DNA of 17,518 nt from Elusimicrobiota bacterium (GTDB taxonomy: Bacteria > CG03 > SLGR01 > JAGXOG01): contig JBNJDT010000030.1 in NCBI GenBank assembly GCA_051745145.1, forward strand, positions 1-17,518, given 5' to 3'. Below the pieces are notes generated by a model that made no database searches, was not told the DNA's origin, and was given only the letters and a program-made list of their open reading frames with translations. Positions 8,286 to 16,586 of the stretch are shown piece after piece (the first letter of the stretch is position 1; the number at the start of each line of letters is the position of its first letter). Made by a program: the position numbers and the translations under genes.

Positions 8286-9086
8286 TTAGATGGCTCCGTG
8301 TGCTTTTAAAATATTTATCATTTTTTCGTTTCCCGAAGCGCTTGCTTTGGTAAGCGCGGTGAACCCATTTTTGTCTTTGGCATTGGGATCGGCTCCGGCT
8401 TTTAATAAAAGTTTTGCTATCACCGGATAATTATTATTTACAGCTTCCATAAGGGGGGTAAAAGCATATTTGTCTTCCCGGGCATTTATATCAGCACCGG
8501 CCTCTATTAGAGCTTTAACTGATTCTATATTATTTTGTCTGACGGCCCACATCAGAGCCGATACTCCGTCTTTGTTTTTCACATTAACATCAGCGCCGTA
8601 TTCTACTAAAGCTTTTAATGTTTGTGTATGTCCTTTATAGGCGGCATCCATTAAAGCGGTAAATCCGAATTTCGCAGATTTGGCATCTACTTCAGCTCCT
8701 TCTTCTACCAGGATTTTAACCATTTCCGTATAGCCTCTGCGTGCGGCCCACTTTAAAGGGGTCATCCCGTCGCTGTCCTGTACGTTTACACTCGCCCCGT
8801 CATAAATTAATATTTCCGCTATACCGATATTACCCTCTTTTAATGCCTGTATTAAAGCGGGATCTTCATCTTCAGTTAAAGTATCAGGGTCCATCCCTGC
8901 TTCTAGAAAAAGATTTAGAGTAACAGGGTCTTCCTCTTTGACACTTTCTATAAAATTTTCTTCGGTAAATTCTATACCTTTCTCTTTTAATTCTTCCCGG
9001 GCGACTTCTTTTTCTGAAGGTTCCCCGCAGGCATTAATTAAAAAGACCATTGTTATAGAAATAGAAAACAAAATTTTCTTAAACAT
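8286..9086 (-). CDS. Ankyrin-repeat lipoprotein
   Basis: Lipobox INAC. Ankyrin repeats GMTPLKWAARRG, GFTALMDAAYKG, GVSALMWAVRQN, AFTPLMEAVNNN, GFTALTKASASG, with GADVN-type turns. SD AAGGAG. Confidence 0.93.
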   Translation of the reverse strand: MFKKILFSISITMVFLINACGEPSEKEVAREELKEKGIEFTEENFIESVKEEDPVTLNLFLEAGMDPDTLTEDEDPALIQALKEGNIGIAEILIYDGASVNVQDSDGMTPLKWAARRGYTEMVKILVEEGAEVDAKSAKFGFTALMDAAYKGHTQTLKALVEYGADVNVKNKDGVSALMWAVRQNNIESVKALIEAGADINAREDKYAFTPLMEAVNNNYPVIAKLLLKAGADPNAKDKNGFTALTKASASGNEKMINILKAHGAI

Positions 9087-9132
9087 TTTTTCTCCTTTTT
9101 ATTGTGTGAAGTTCTTTAAATTACTAGTAAAA

Positions 9133-9161
9133 AGAATATTTTATTTATCCCAAAAAGTCAA
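9133..9161 (-). promoter_or_regulatory. Putative sigma70 promoter for the ankyrin gene
   Basis: Minus strand TTGACT (9161-9156), 17 nt, TATTCT (9138-9133). Confidence 0.55.
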
Positions 9162-9300
9162 GGTTAAAATTAATAATTTCACCGATATTAAATTTGTTAA
9201 TTTTCACTAATGTTTAATTAAACTTGACAGCCGCAATATTTATTTATTGACTGTTCGGGAGGTTAATTATAATTGTCTTATTTGTCTGGTATATTTCTAA

Positions 9301-9329
9301 TTGACATATTATAGTTTATCTGTTATTTA
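9301..9329 (+). promoter_or_regulatory. Putative ssrA promoter
   Basis: TTGACA (9301-9306), 17 nt, TG-extended TATTTA (9324-9329), about 10 nt before the mature tmRNA 5' end. Confidence 0.55.
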
Positions 9330-9339
9330 TTAAGTAGGC

Positions 9340-9689
9340 GGGGGCGATTAGGGTTCGACAGAGGTCAGCGGCAGCTAAAGCAGCAGGTAGTGTTTCTATC
9401 GGTAACACTTAAAAGAACCGTAAAATAAACGCAGACGAAAGTCTAGCAATGGCTGCGTAATTTAACGCAGTTCGCTCCTGTTTGCTTTTTCTTGTCGGGC
9501 GGCAGTGAGTGTCATAGAGACAGGATAGCTGAGTAAGTCCCTTCCCGCTTATAAAGTGAAACCTAAGGGAAGAAATCTTCCGGCTAAACCGGTCACAGGG
9601 TTATCCGGGAGAAACTAAACTGCGACTAAACCTGTAGAGCCTTTAGCGGCGACTTCTGGACGTGGGTTCGATTCCCACCGCCTCCACCA
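9340..9689 (+). ncRNA. ssrA: tmRNA (transfer-messenger RNA), tag peptide (A)ADESLAMAA
   Basis: 5' GGGGGCG pairs with 3' CGCCTCC-ACCA, including the G3-U alanyl identity pair. GGTTCGAC follows the 5' stem. T-arm GTGGGTTCGATTCCCAC. Tag ORF GCA GAC GAA AGT CTA GCA ATG GCT GCG TAA at 9431-9460 after ATAAAC. Length 350 nt. Confidence 0.97.
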
Positions 9690-9713
9690 AACCTTCCTAA
9701 GTGATGTAATGGT

Positions 9714-9741
9714 ATCTTTAATAATAAGTATTATGTATAGT
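9714..9741 (+). other. dif/Xer-like tyrosine-recombinase core site
   Basis: ATCTTTAATAA-TAAGTA-TTATGTATAGT has the 11-6-11 layout with an ATAA-N6-TTAT dyad. The right arm matches the B. subtilis dif arm TTATGTAAACT at 9 of 11 positions. Confidence 0.5.
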
Positions 9742-9855
9742 ATTAAAATGACGGGAACCGAACCGTACCGTTGAAAAAATATTTTTACACCTATATGGAT
9801 ACCTTAATATAACAATAAGTTCTGTGGTGTTTTTCCCATACAAGACAGGGTAAGT

Positions 9856-12800
9856 TTATTGGGTCCAGAATATCCCTTTAAGGGTCCGCCGGATTTTAAA
9901 ATTTCCGGTTTTGTCTTTTTTTAGTTCTTCTGTAACGGAGGATTTTTCTTTGTGTTTTATATTGTTGTGAAATATTGTGCCGGTTATTTTTAGGTTGTAT
10001 TCCGCTGTGTAACTCTTATCTGATATTGATATTTTAAGATCGGATATCTGGTAGTTTATGTTGTCAAATACTTTAAACATTCTCCGCAGATGGTCTTCAA
10101 CTTCCGAAAGCCTTGTTCCCTCGGAAGATGACCATTTATCATCAAGCATCCCGATCACCCGGATATAATCTTTAGATTCATAGGCTTTTTGGAACTTCCG
10201 GTAGAAATTTTTAATTTCGTTTATCCCGGGGTCTTCTTTTTTACTATTTTGGTCATTGGAAAGATTCTCTACCCGGGATTTATCTTCGCTATTGCCTTCT
10301 AATTTCAGCCTGGAATCCTCTGTCCATTTTTTGTTGAGTGCTTCGATTAGTTTAATATAACGCCTGCCCAGGGGAGTATTTTGGGCAGCAAAACTATCCA
10401 GCCATATTTTTTTGTTTCTAAAAGTTCCAAGAGGTAGTTTAGTCTGAATTTTTGTAAGCAAGCTGTTAAAATCATCTGTCCCGGGCGTAAAAGAGTCCAC
10501 TATTTTAACTGCTTCTGATAGGCCCGAAAAAGTCACAATGCCGAAGCTTTTTCTGTAGGTGATATATTTTTTCTCTGCGGAGCCATAATCAAAATTCTGT
10601 TTATCCATCCGGACAAAGAAATTTTCTTCGGGATAAGTTTTTGCTTTACCCAGGGCATTAAAAAATTTTCCGTATTTTTTCTGAAGTGCAGGAGCGGACT
10701 GCTTGATAAAGCCTCCCATGTATGATGTTTCGTAGAAGGTCTTTAGTTTTAAAAGAGCCTTGTTCCGGAAATCTTTGCTCAAGAAAAACCAGTATGGATC
10801 CTTTTCTTTATTAAAACCCCGCAAAAGAGTATAATTTCCGTCGTATTCCTGACCGAATTCGTGGAACTTTCGGCCAGAACTTCCCCCGGCGGGGATAAGA
10901 AAATTGCTCCGGCGCATTTCATCGAATTTAGTAAAATCCTCCTCGGCTCTAGTTATCCAGTATAAAGCCATATCAATATTGGTTATATCCTGTTCTATTG
11001 TAGAGGAAAGATTATCTCCTTCACCGCGAAGGGAAGATATATAACCGGAAGTATTGCTCTTTCTTTTCCTTATGTCAGCATAGCTGATTTCTTTGTCTTT
11101 CTGGTTGATAAACATATAGTTGTCGGTCAGGAAGTCTTCGTTGTAATGTCTGCGTATTAAAGGTATATCTGCAAGAGCATCTCGTTCGGCGGTGTTGAAT
11201 TTATCTAATCCGGTTTCCAGTTTTTCTATATCTTCTTGGATAGTATCTTCTACATCTTCGAGCAGCTTGCTAAGCTCGAATCTCCGGCGCAAAAGATACC
11301 CGCGGGCAGCACTAATATAGCTTTTATCTTCAGGAGGATCTTCGTAACGGGGCAGGCCCGTATATTTAATTTTTTTGTAGGTAGCCCTGTAATTTTTCAG
11401 TTTTCTTTCGGCCTCACCGGGCGCAAGCGAATAGTATGCAGTCAAAAACCTGTTCTTTATTTTTACGGCTCTGGAAGCTATCTTTTTCGAAAGCTCGCGG
11501 TATTCTGAAAATACCCGTTCCATCCATTCCTCAAGTTCTTTGCTCTTTTGCTTTAGAAGCTCAGCTTTAATATCGGCGGCTTCATAGTACATTGTATAAG
11601 CTTCCTGCCAGGCCCTGGATATTTTCCTCTTGTCTTCCGGGGAATATCCTGAGTGGGGAGAAAGTTCGGGAGGGGATGCTATTTTTACAGCCTTTAAACG
11701 GTATGCGTAATAATTAATAGTCTCTTCTTCGGCAGGTGAAGCGTATCCGCTTTTAGCTCCTGTAAGATCCTCCATTGCCCGGCGGAAAGCACCGGACTTC
11801 CAGGCCTCAAGTGATTTTTCCATGGCTTCTTTTTTACCGGATTCAAAAAGTTCCTCAAAATGTTTCTTTACATCCGCAGTCATCTCTTCTTCGGATTCGG
11901 TCCACCCCCAGTCAAAATCCGGCCACTCCTTTATTACGGGAACCATGTGATTTTTGTACAGCATGGTGGCGGTTAGGGGGATTTTTTGGACTTCGGGTTC
12001 TGATTCGGGCTTTTCTATCTGTTCTTTCAGCCTTTTCTTTATATGAATAAGGCCCTCGCCGGCAGCCTCGTAGGCGGCCTGAAGTTTTTTAAAAACTTCT
12101 TTTTTTTCCTGTCCGAGGGGTTGGCCTTCGGGAATCCAGGCCACTACATCTTTTACATAATCATATATAGTCTTGCGGACTGCCATCAAGGTTCTGAAAT
12201 CTTTCTCATCTACGGCTTGATTAACTTTTTTACCGCATTTTTCGGCGTAAGCAGCGACTGTATCAAGCTGCCGGGCGGCGTGTGCAACTTTCGCCAGTCC
12301 GGTTTCCAGTGATTTGGAGGCTCTGACAAGATCCCCAATCAGCGCCCGAGCAGTTTTTGTCGCTATCACTCCCTGCTCCTGCATTTTCCAGTGCCTGTTT
12401 AGCCCCTTGAGTATTCCGGCAATGTAAGACTCTATTTTTGCCCTTTGCTCATGAAATTGGGAGAGAAGACGCTGGTCTTGAATCTGTTTTACAGAGGAAG
12501 GGCTGCCCATTGAATAGAGCCGGTCTGCCGCCTGAGTGAACCATCCCGTATCCGGAAAATCTTTTTTCAACTTGACGGTCATATATAATCTGAAGGCCTC
12601 GCGAAACGAACGGTCTGTAAGAAGTCTGCGCCATACTTTATCAATGTTCTCCTTATTTACAGGGAAAGGGTCTCCCTCTCCTATTTTACGGTTGCGGTCC
12701 CGGCATATTCTCTCCATAGTGCCGTAAAGGGACTGAAGGTGGCGCCCGGTCGTCTCGTGGGCCAGGGCTTTAACCGAAGATCGCCAGATCTGAAAAGTCA

Positions 12801-13335
12801 TTATACCGGCTGAAAGAACGGGACCCGATATGCCGGCGTACTTCATCATAGCCGTTCCCCCGGGCATATTCGGAAGTTCGGAAAGAAGCATCATTACGCC
12901 GGAAACAGCGGCCTCGTCGGTATCTCCCGCATAAATATTTCCCGCTATATTTACAGTCCCGGCAGCCCTGTTTAAAGCAGTATTCAGTTTACCGGTATAT
13001 GCCCGCCACCTGTTAGCGGCTGCCAGGTTCTTAGCCGCCCGTCCTCCTTTCCAGGCTTCGGCATTAAATTTTGCCATTCCGGTATTTTGAGCATTGTCGA
13101 GTAATTCTCCGTAAACGGCCGAGGCCCCTCCCGTAAGCAGCCCCTCTAAGGTTTTGCTCTCAACTTTTGTGAGTCCCGCTTTCGCGTTTTTAACATATCC
13201 TTCGAGATTCTGTCCGCCGGCAGATTTTCTCTGCAGCACTTTATTCGCGGGAGTTAAAATATCCTCAGACCGGGCAGAACTATCAGCCGAAATTATAAAG
13301 AGGATAACAAAAATTAATTTTAGGTTTTTTATCAA
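9856..13335 (-). CDS. Large exported alpha-helical protein with C-terminal NTF2/SnoaL-like domain
   Basis: 1159-aa ORF. TTG start overlaps the upstream TGA (TTGA). Signal peptide ending ADSSA. The C-terminal EIKNFYRKFQKAYESKDYIRVIGMLDDKW...YQISDLKISISDKSYTAEYNLKITG...FKIRR pattern is typical of the NTF2 fold. Confidence 0.85.
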   Translation of the reverse strand: MIKNLKLIFVILFIISADSSARSEDILTPANKVLQRKSAGGQNLEGYVKNAKAGLTKVESKTLEGLLTGGASAVYGELLDNAQNTGMAKFNAEAWKGGRAAKNLAAANRWRAYTGKLNTALNRAAGTVNIAGNIYAGDTDEAAVSGVMMLLSELPNMPGGTAMMKYAGISGPVLSAGIMTFQIWRSSVKALAHETTGRHLQSLYGTMERICRDRNRKIGEGDPFPVNKENIDKVWRRLLTDRSFREAFRLYMTVKLKKDFPDTGWFTQAADRLYSMGSPSSVKQIQDQRLLSQFHEQRAKIESYIAGILKGLNRHWKMQEQGVIATKTARALIGDLVRASKSLETGLAKVAHAARQLDTVAAYAEKCGKKVNQAVDEKDFRTLMAVRKTIYDYVKDVVAWIPEGQPLGQEKKEVFKKLQAAYEAAGEGLIHIKKRLKEQIEKPESEPEVQKIPLTATMLYKNHMVPVIKEWPDFDWGWTESEEEMTADVKKHFEELFESGKKEAMEKSLEAWKSGAFRRAMEDLTGAKSGYASPAEEETINYYAYRLKAVKIASPPELSPHSGYSPEDKRKISRAWQEAYTMYYEAADIKAELLKQKSKELEEWMERVFSEYRELSKKIASRAVKIKNRFLTAYYSLAPGEAERKLKNYRATYKKIKYTGLPRYEDPPEDKSYISAARGYLLRRRFELSKLLEDVEDTIQEDIEKLETGLDKFNTAERDALADIPLIRRHYNEDFLTDNYMFINQKDKEISYADIRKRKSNTSGYISSLRGEGDNLSSTIEQDITNIDMALYWITRAEEDFTKFDEMRRSNFLIPAGGSSGRKFHEFGQEYDGNYTLLRGFNKEKDPYWFFLSKDFRNKALLKLKTFYETSYMGGFIKQSAPALQKKYGKFFNALGKAKTYPEENFFVRMDKQNFDYGSAEKKYITYRKSFGIVTFSGLSEAVKIVDSFTPGTDDFNSLLTKIQTKLPLGTFRNKKIWLDSFAAQNTPLGRRYIKLIEALNKKWTEDSRLKLEGNSEDKSRVENLSNDQNSKKEDPGINEIKNFYRKFQKAYESKDYIRVIGMLDDKWSSSEGTRLSEVEDHLRRMFKVFDNINYQISDLKISISDKSYTAEYNLKITGTIFHNNIKHKEKSSVTEELKKDKTGNFKIRRTLKGIFWTQ

Positions 13336-14690
13336 AACAGGTTAGTCCCGTCGCTTTGATATCTGTACCTGAAAATTATCCTGCCCTGAAGGGTGTCGGT
13401 ATCGTAGAAGTAATCGGTTATTTCCATAACTGCGTAGTTTCCGGTGCGAAGTTTGAAAGCTATGCACCGCCCCTGAATATTAGAATCCAGTTCTTTTCTG
13501 TGATAATCTCCGGAATCGAAATCGCTGTCTTTTCCGTATCCCGAAGTCGGAACCGATGAAATCGTTTCAATATCTGTTCCCGGGGGAAGCATCTGATAAG
13601 TAACGTCTTTGTTTACAGTAAGGTAGTCACCTTCAAAATAAGCTATGTCTATACTTCCCAGGGGGTCCATAAACAGGCCCGCTGCTTTTATTTTTTCTCC
13701 TGTAGAAAAGATAAAACCGTCAGCATCGGACTTGCTGGATACGAAGGTTATTTCCGAAAGAGTCTCCGCTATATCATTGCCTTCGATTTTATTTAACGCA
13801 TCTTCAAAAGGAAGTTTTTCCAGCTCTCCTTCCGGGGTTATGATTAACATATCGGTGTTTGCGCCTATTCCAGTTATACCCGAAGCAGTCTCATCGGCTT
13901 CGCTTAAACCGAAAATAAGGGGGTGTTTCATGCTGTAGAGCTTCAAAACGGAATCTTCCCGTTTAAAATCCATCTGCGTTGTTCCACTGTCCGTATAGTT
14001 CTCCCCGGTTAGTATAGAAAAAGCCGACCGGCTGTAGTTGATGGCGGCGCTGATTTTGCCGCCGGAGCTCGACACGGCGCTGGCTACTGTGAGTTTTAGA
14101 TCAAGATGAGCAAAAGAACTGAAATCCTGGCTGACCGCCCTGTTAAGAACAATGTCGCCCCCGGTAAAATCCCGGCTTACCTTTGTCATAAAATCTCTTA
14201 TGTTTTTTTGTATGTATGCTCCGGCCATATCATCTAAGATTTTTTGTATACCGGTTATTATACTCCGGTCTGAAATAATTATTTTCCGATTTGAACGGTC
14301 AATATCGTTGGTCTTTCCTGTCGTTTCGGTAATTTTTACAAACAGACTGTATTCTTTAGCCTCAGGGGTAAATGAGTACTCAAAGGCTCTGCCGGAAGAA
14401 AGTTTTGCCGAATTCCAGGTCTCTTTATTATCCAGGCTGATTTCAACTGCTGCTACAGTGCCAGACGCCTTTGCTTTTCCCCTTATGTATACCAGTCCGT
14501 CTGACAGAGTCTCGCGGTAGAGAGTAAGGACATCTCCAGCTTCATCAAATGCTATATCATTGATGTAAAGATATTCAAAATCGACGTCTTCCTCTGATTT
14601 ACCGAAAATCCACCATCCGGCATCTGCTGTGGAATAAAACGCGAAAAATACTGCTGCTATTAGTACTGTTTTATATAATATCTTTTTCAT
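13332..14690 (-). CDS. Exported multidomain protein: Ig-like + NTF2-like + HmuY-like C-terminal domain
   Basis: Likely start is the ATG at 14690 (SD AAGGA upstream; the ORF track start is TTG at 14708). Signal peptide ending STADA. Ig-like IRGKA...VAAVEISLDNKETW. NTF2-like IQKILDDMAGAYIQKNIRDFMTKVSRDF. HmuY-like GFIFSTGE...IDIAY...IAFKLRTGNYAVMEITDY...GRIIFRYRYQ. Confidence 0.8.
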   Translation of the reverse strand: MKKILYKTVLIAAVFFAFYSTADAGWWIFGKSEEDVDFEYLYINDIAFDEAGDVLTLYRETLSDGLVYIRGKAKASGTVAAVEISLDNKETWNSAKLSSGRAFEYSFTPEAKEYSLFVKITETTGKTNDIDRSNRKIIISDRSIITGIQKILDDMAGAYIQKNIRDFMTKVSRDFTGGDIVLNRAVSQDFSSFAHLDLKLTVASAVSSSGGKISAAINYSRSAFSILTGENYTDSGTTQMDFKREDSVLKLYSMKHPLIFGLSEADETASGITGIGANTDMLIITPEGELEKLPFEDALNKIEGNDIAETLSEITFVSSKSDADGFIFSTGEKIKAAGLFMDPLGSIDIAYFEGDYLTVNKDVTYQMLPPGTDIETISSVPTSGYGKDSDFDSGDYHRKELDSNIQGRCIAFKLRTGNYAVMEITDYFYDTDTLQGRIIFRYRYQSDGTNLF

Positions 14691-14704
14691 ATTGATTTCC
14701 TTTG

Positions 14705-16258
14705 TCAAAACTGCGTATTAAGCCCCGCGGAGAAAGAATTTTCCCGGAAATCCCCCCCCGAATGGTCAGTCCAAAAATCATTTACTGCGTACCTTAAAGA
14801 GAGGGTGTGATTTTTTGCAAAAACCGGTCTGTAGTAAAAATTAGTATTGAAAAACAGTTTCGCCGAGTCATTTTCCCTTTCCCTGATATATTTATTTAAA
14901 CCGAGCTGGAATGCCGTAGATATTCCGGCAGAACCCGCATCTGCATTTAAACCGAGTGAAGATTCGTTTATAAGATCCCGGTTTCCGTTGGCATCTTTTA
15001 TCCTCGTCCCCAACCGTAAAGTGGGTCTAAAAACAAAAAGACCGGCACTCTTTCTCCAGCTCAAAGATGTATTTGCTATATATTCCAGCGTATCCCGTTT
15101 GCTAAAAGAAGCCAATCCCATCCGGGTATCGGAATCAAACATCCCCAACCGGTCACCGTATCCAAAATCTAAGTATGTATTATTTTCCTTTACCGCGCCC
15201 CGGCGGTAATCCGTGCGTAAAGTTACATCCCCCGAGGCGAACCGTCTGCCCAGCAGCAGCCTTTTATTAATGCTAATATCCGGCCGCCAGCTGTGGGTAG
15301 TTTTGTTTTTTGCCCCGTTAAGGTTATCCTTAAACCACAGCCCCGAATAAGAGACGGAAGTATTTTTTCCGTAATCCTGGACCCAACTTGCTCTGAACCG
15401 CTCTCTGTCGGGGGAGGCTGCTCCTAAAACCGTAAAAAAGTTGCTTGAAACTCGTTCGTAGTCAAGGTTCAGCCGGAGACCGTCGCCGTATCCTTGAAAA
15501 GAAACTCTGTTTGCCGAACCGTTTTTATTCTCCAAACTTCCTGATGAGGGTTTTAGATGAACGGAGGAAAAAGAAGTTTCGCCCGTAAGAGACAAACCGG
15601 CGAAAGGATCAAAACTCCAGCCTATACCGTAAACTCCGCCGTCATAAAGGGGAACCGACTCATATATTCTGTTTTTATCTTTAGAATTTACATAGTGGAC
15701 CGAAAAATTCCATGCTTCAAGCGGGCTGGCAGAGATTTTAAAACCGTAAGCCTCTCTTTTTAGGGCTTTAGTAGAATTGTCGGGGTCTATGATGCTGTCC
15801 CACCGGGGAGCCTGCATACCATATATCAGGGTAAGGTCAGGGGTAAGAGGGGCTGTTAACTTAGTCGAATAGGATATTCCTTTTAGGGAAGCGCCCAGGC
15901 TGTATCGCGAGAAAGATTCCATAAAATCGCCCAGGGTAAAATTATGCCGGGGCAATGATAATCTACCCTGTATCCGGGCAACGGAAAAGGGCCTGTAATC
16001 AATACTCTTATCGTTTGTCGCTCTTCCTGAGAAATTGAAATAGTAGTTTAATTTTTCAGATTCCCGGTAGTAATTTAAATTAAGTAAATTTGAAAAAATG
16101 CCTTTGTCAGTTACTACCGACTGTTTTTCGCCGGGGCCTGTTATAGAACCGGCCCCAATTTGGGCTTCATTGGTTATATGCACTCCAGCGTGAACTTCTA
16201 AAATACATACCAGTAAAAAAGCAAAAGAAGCTGCTGCCTCTTTTATAATTGAATTCAT
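14705..16258 (-). CDS. Outer-membrane beta-barrel protein, usher-barrel-like motifs
   Basis: Likely start is the ATG at 16258 (the ORF track gives 16288). Signal peptide ending EVHA. Amphipathic aromatic-rich beta strands throughout. C-terminal BAM-type signature FSAGLNTQF. Confidence 0.85.
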   Translation of the reverse strand: MNSIIKEAAASFAFLLVCILEVHAGVHITNEAQIGAGSITGPGEKQSVVTDKGIFSNLLNLNYYRESEKLNYYFNFSGRATNDKSIDYRPFSVARIQGRLSLPRHNFTLGDFMESFSRYSLGASLKGISYSTKLTAPLTPDLTLIYGMQAPRWDSIIDPDNSTKALKREAYGFKISASPLEAWNFSVHYVNSKDKNRIYESVPLYDGGVYGIGWSFDPFAGLSLTGETSFSSVHLKPSSGSLENKNGSANRVSFQGYGDGLRLNLDYERVSSNFFTVLGAASPDRERFRASWVQDYGKNTSVSYSGLWFKDNLNGAKNKTTHSWRPDISINKRLLLGRRFASGDVTLRTDYRRGAVKENNTYLDFGYGDRLGMFDSDTRMGLASFSKRDTLEYIANTSLSWRKSAGLFVFRPTLRLGTRIKDANGNRDLINESSLGLNADAGSAGISTAFQLGLNKYIRERENDSAKLFFNTNFYYRPVFAKNHTLSLRYAVNDFWTDHSGGDFRENSFSAGLNTQF

Positions 16259-16401
16259 TTTAGTTCTTCCCGGGGTTACAGTCCCCATTATTTTTCTGCA
16301 GCCTTAAAGTGAAAGGCTGTTATTGTAATATAAAGTTCACTGGATAAAGCTTTTAATTCTTTCCTCCGTCTGAACTGATATATTTTATAATTAATGTGGA
16401 T

Positions 16402-16430
16402 AGTATGACATTTTTTTACAGTTTATTCAA
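16402..16430 (-). promoter_or_regulatory. Putative sigma70 promoter for the three-gene barrel operon
   Basis: Minus strand TTGAAT (16430-16425), 17 nt, TG-extended CATACT (16407-16402). Confidence 0.55.
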
Positions 16431-16510
16431 CTCCGAAAAAGAAACCGTATGAGCCCGGGTTCTACTGTAATATTTTTTAATAAAATTGTATTCTTATATA
16501 TGGAATTAAA

Positions 16511-16539
16511 TTGACATTATATATTAGTTATTTTAAAAT
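16511..16539 (+). promoter_or_regulatory. Putative sigma70 promoter for corA
   Basis: TTGACA (16511-16516), 17 nt, TAAAAT (16534-16539). SD GGAGGAGG before the ATG at 16587. Confidence 0.7.
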
Positions 16540-16586
16540 TTTTGTAGGATATCAGTCTAAGTAAAAAGAACGGAGGAGGAAATAAA

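Noticed and set aside
9165..9210. AT-rich imperfect inverted repeat upstream of the ankyrin promoter
   Set aside because: It is almost entirely A/T with mismatches and is not distinguishable from background.
9661..9689. Search for a duplicated ssrA 3' end (attR) and an integrase marking an intact island
   Set aside because: I found no second copy in the window. The CCTCCACC near 2673 is a short chance match inside GH65. No integrase or transposase ORF is present, so no mobile element is called.
5096..9855. CRISPR array or tRNA genes in the intergenic regions
   Set aside because: There are no regularly spaced repeats. The only tRNA-like arm belongs to tmRNA.
11236..15763. Short ORFs overlapping the three-gene minus-strand operon
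   Set aside because: They are antisense or out-of-frame shadows of long, well-formed CDSs.
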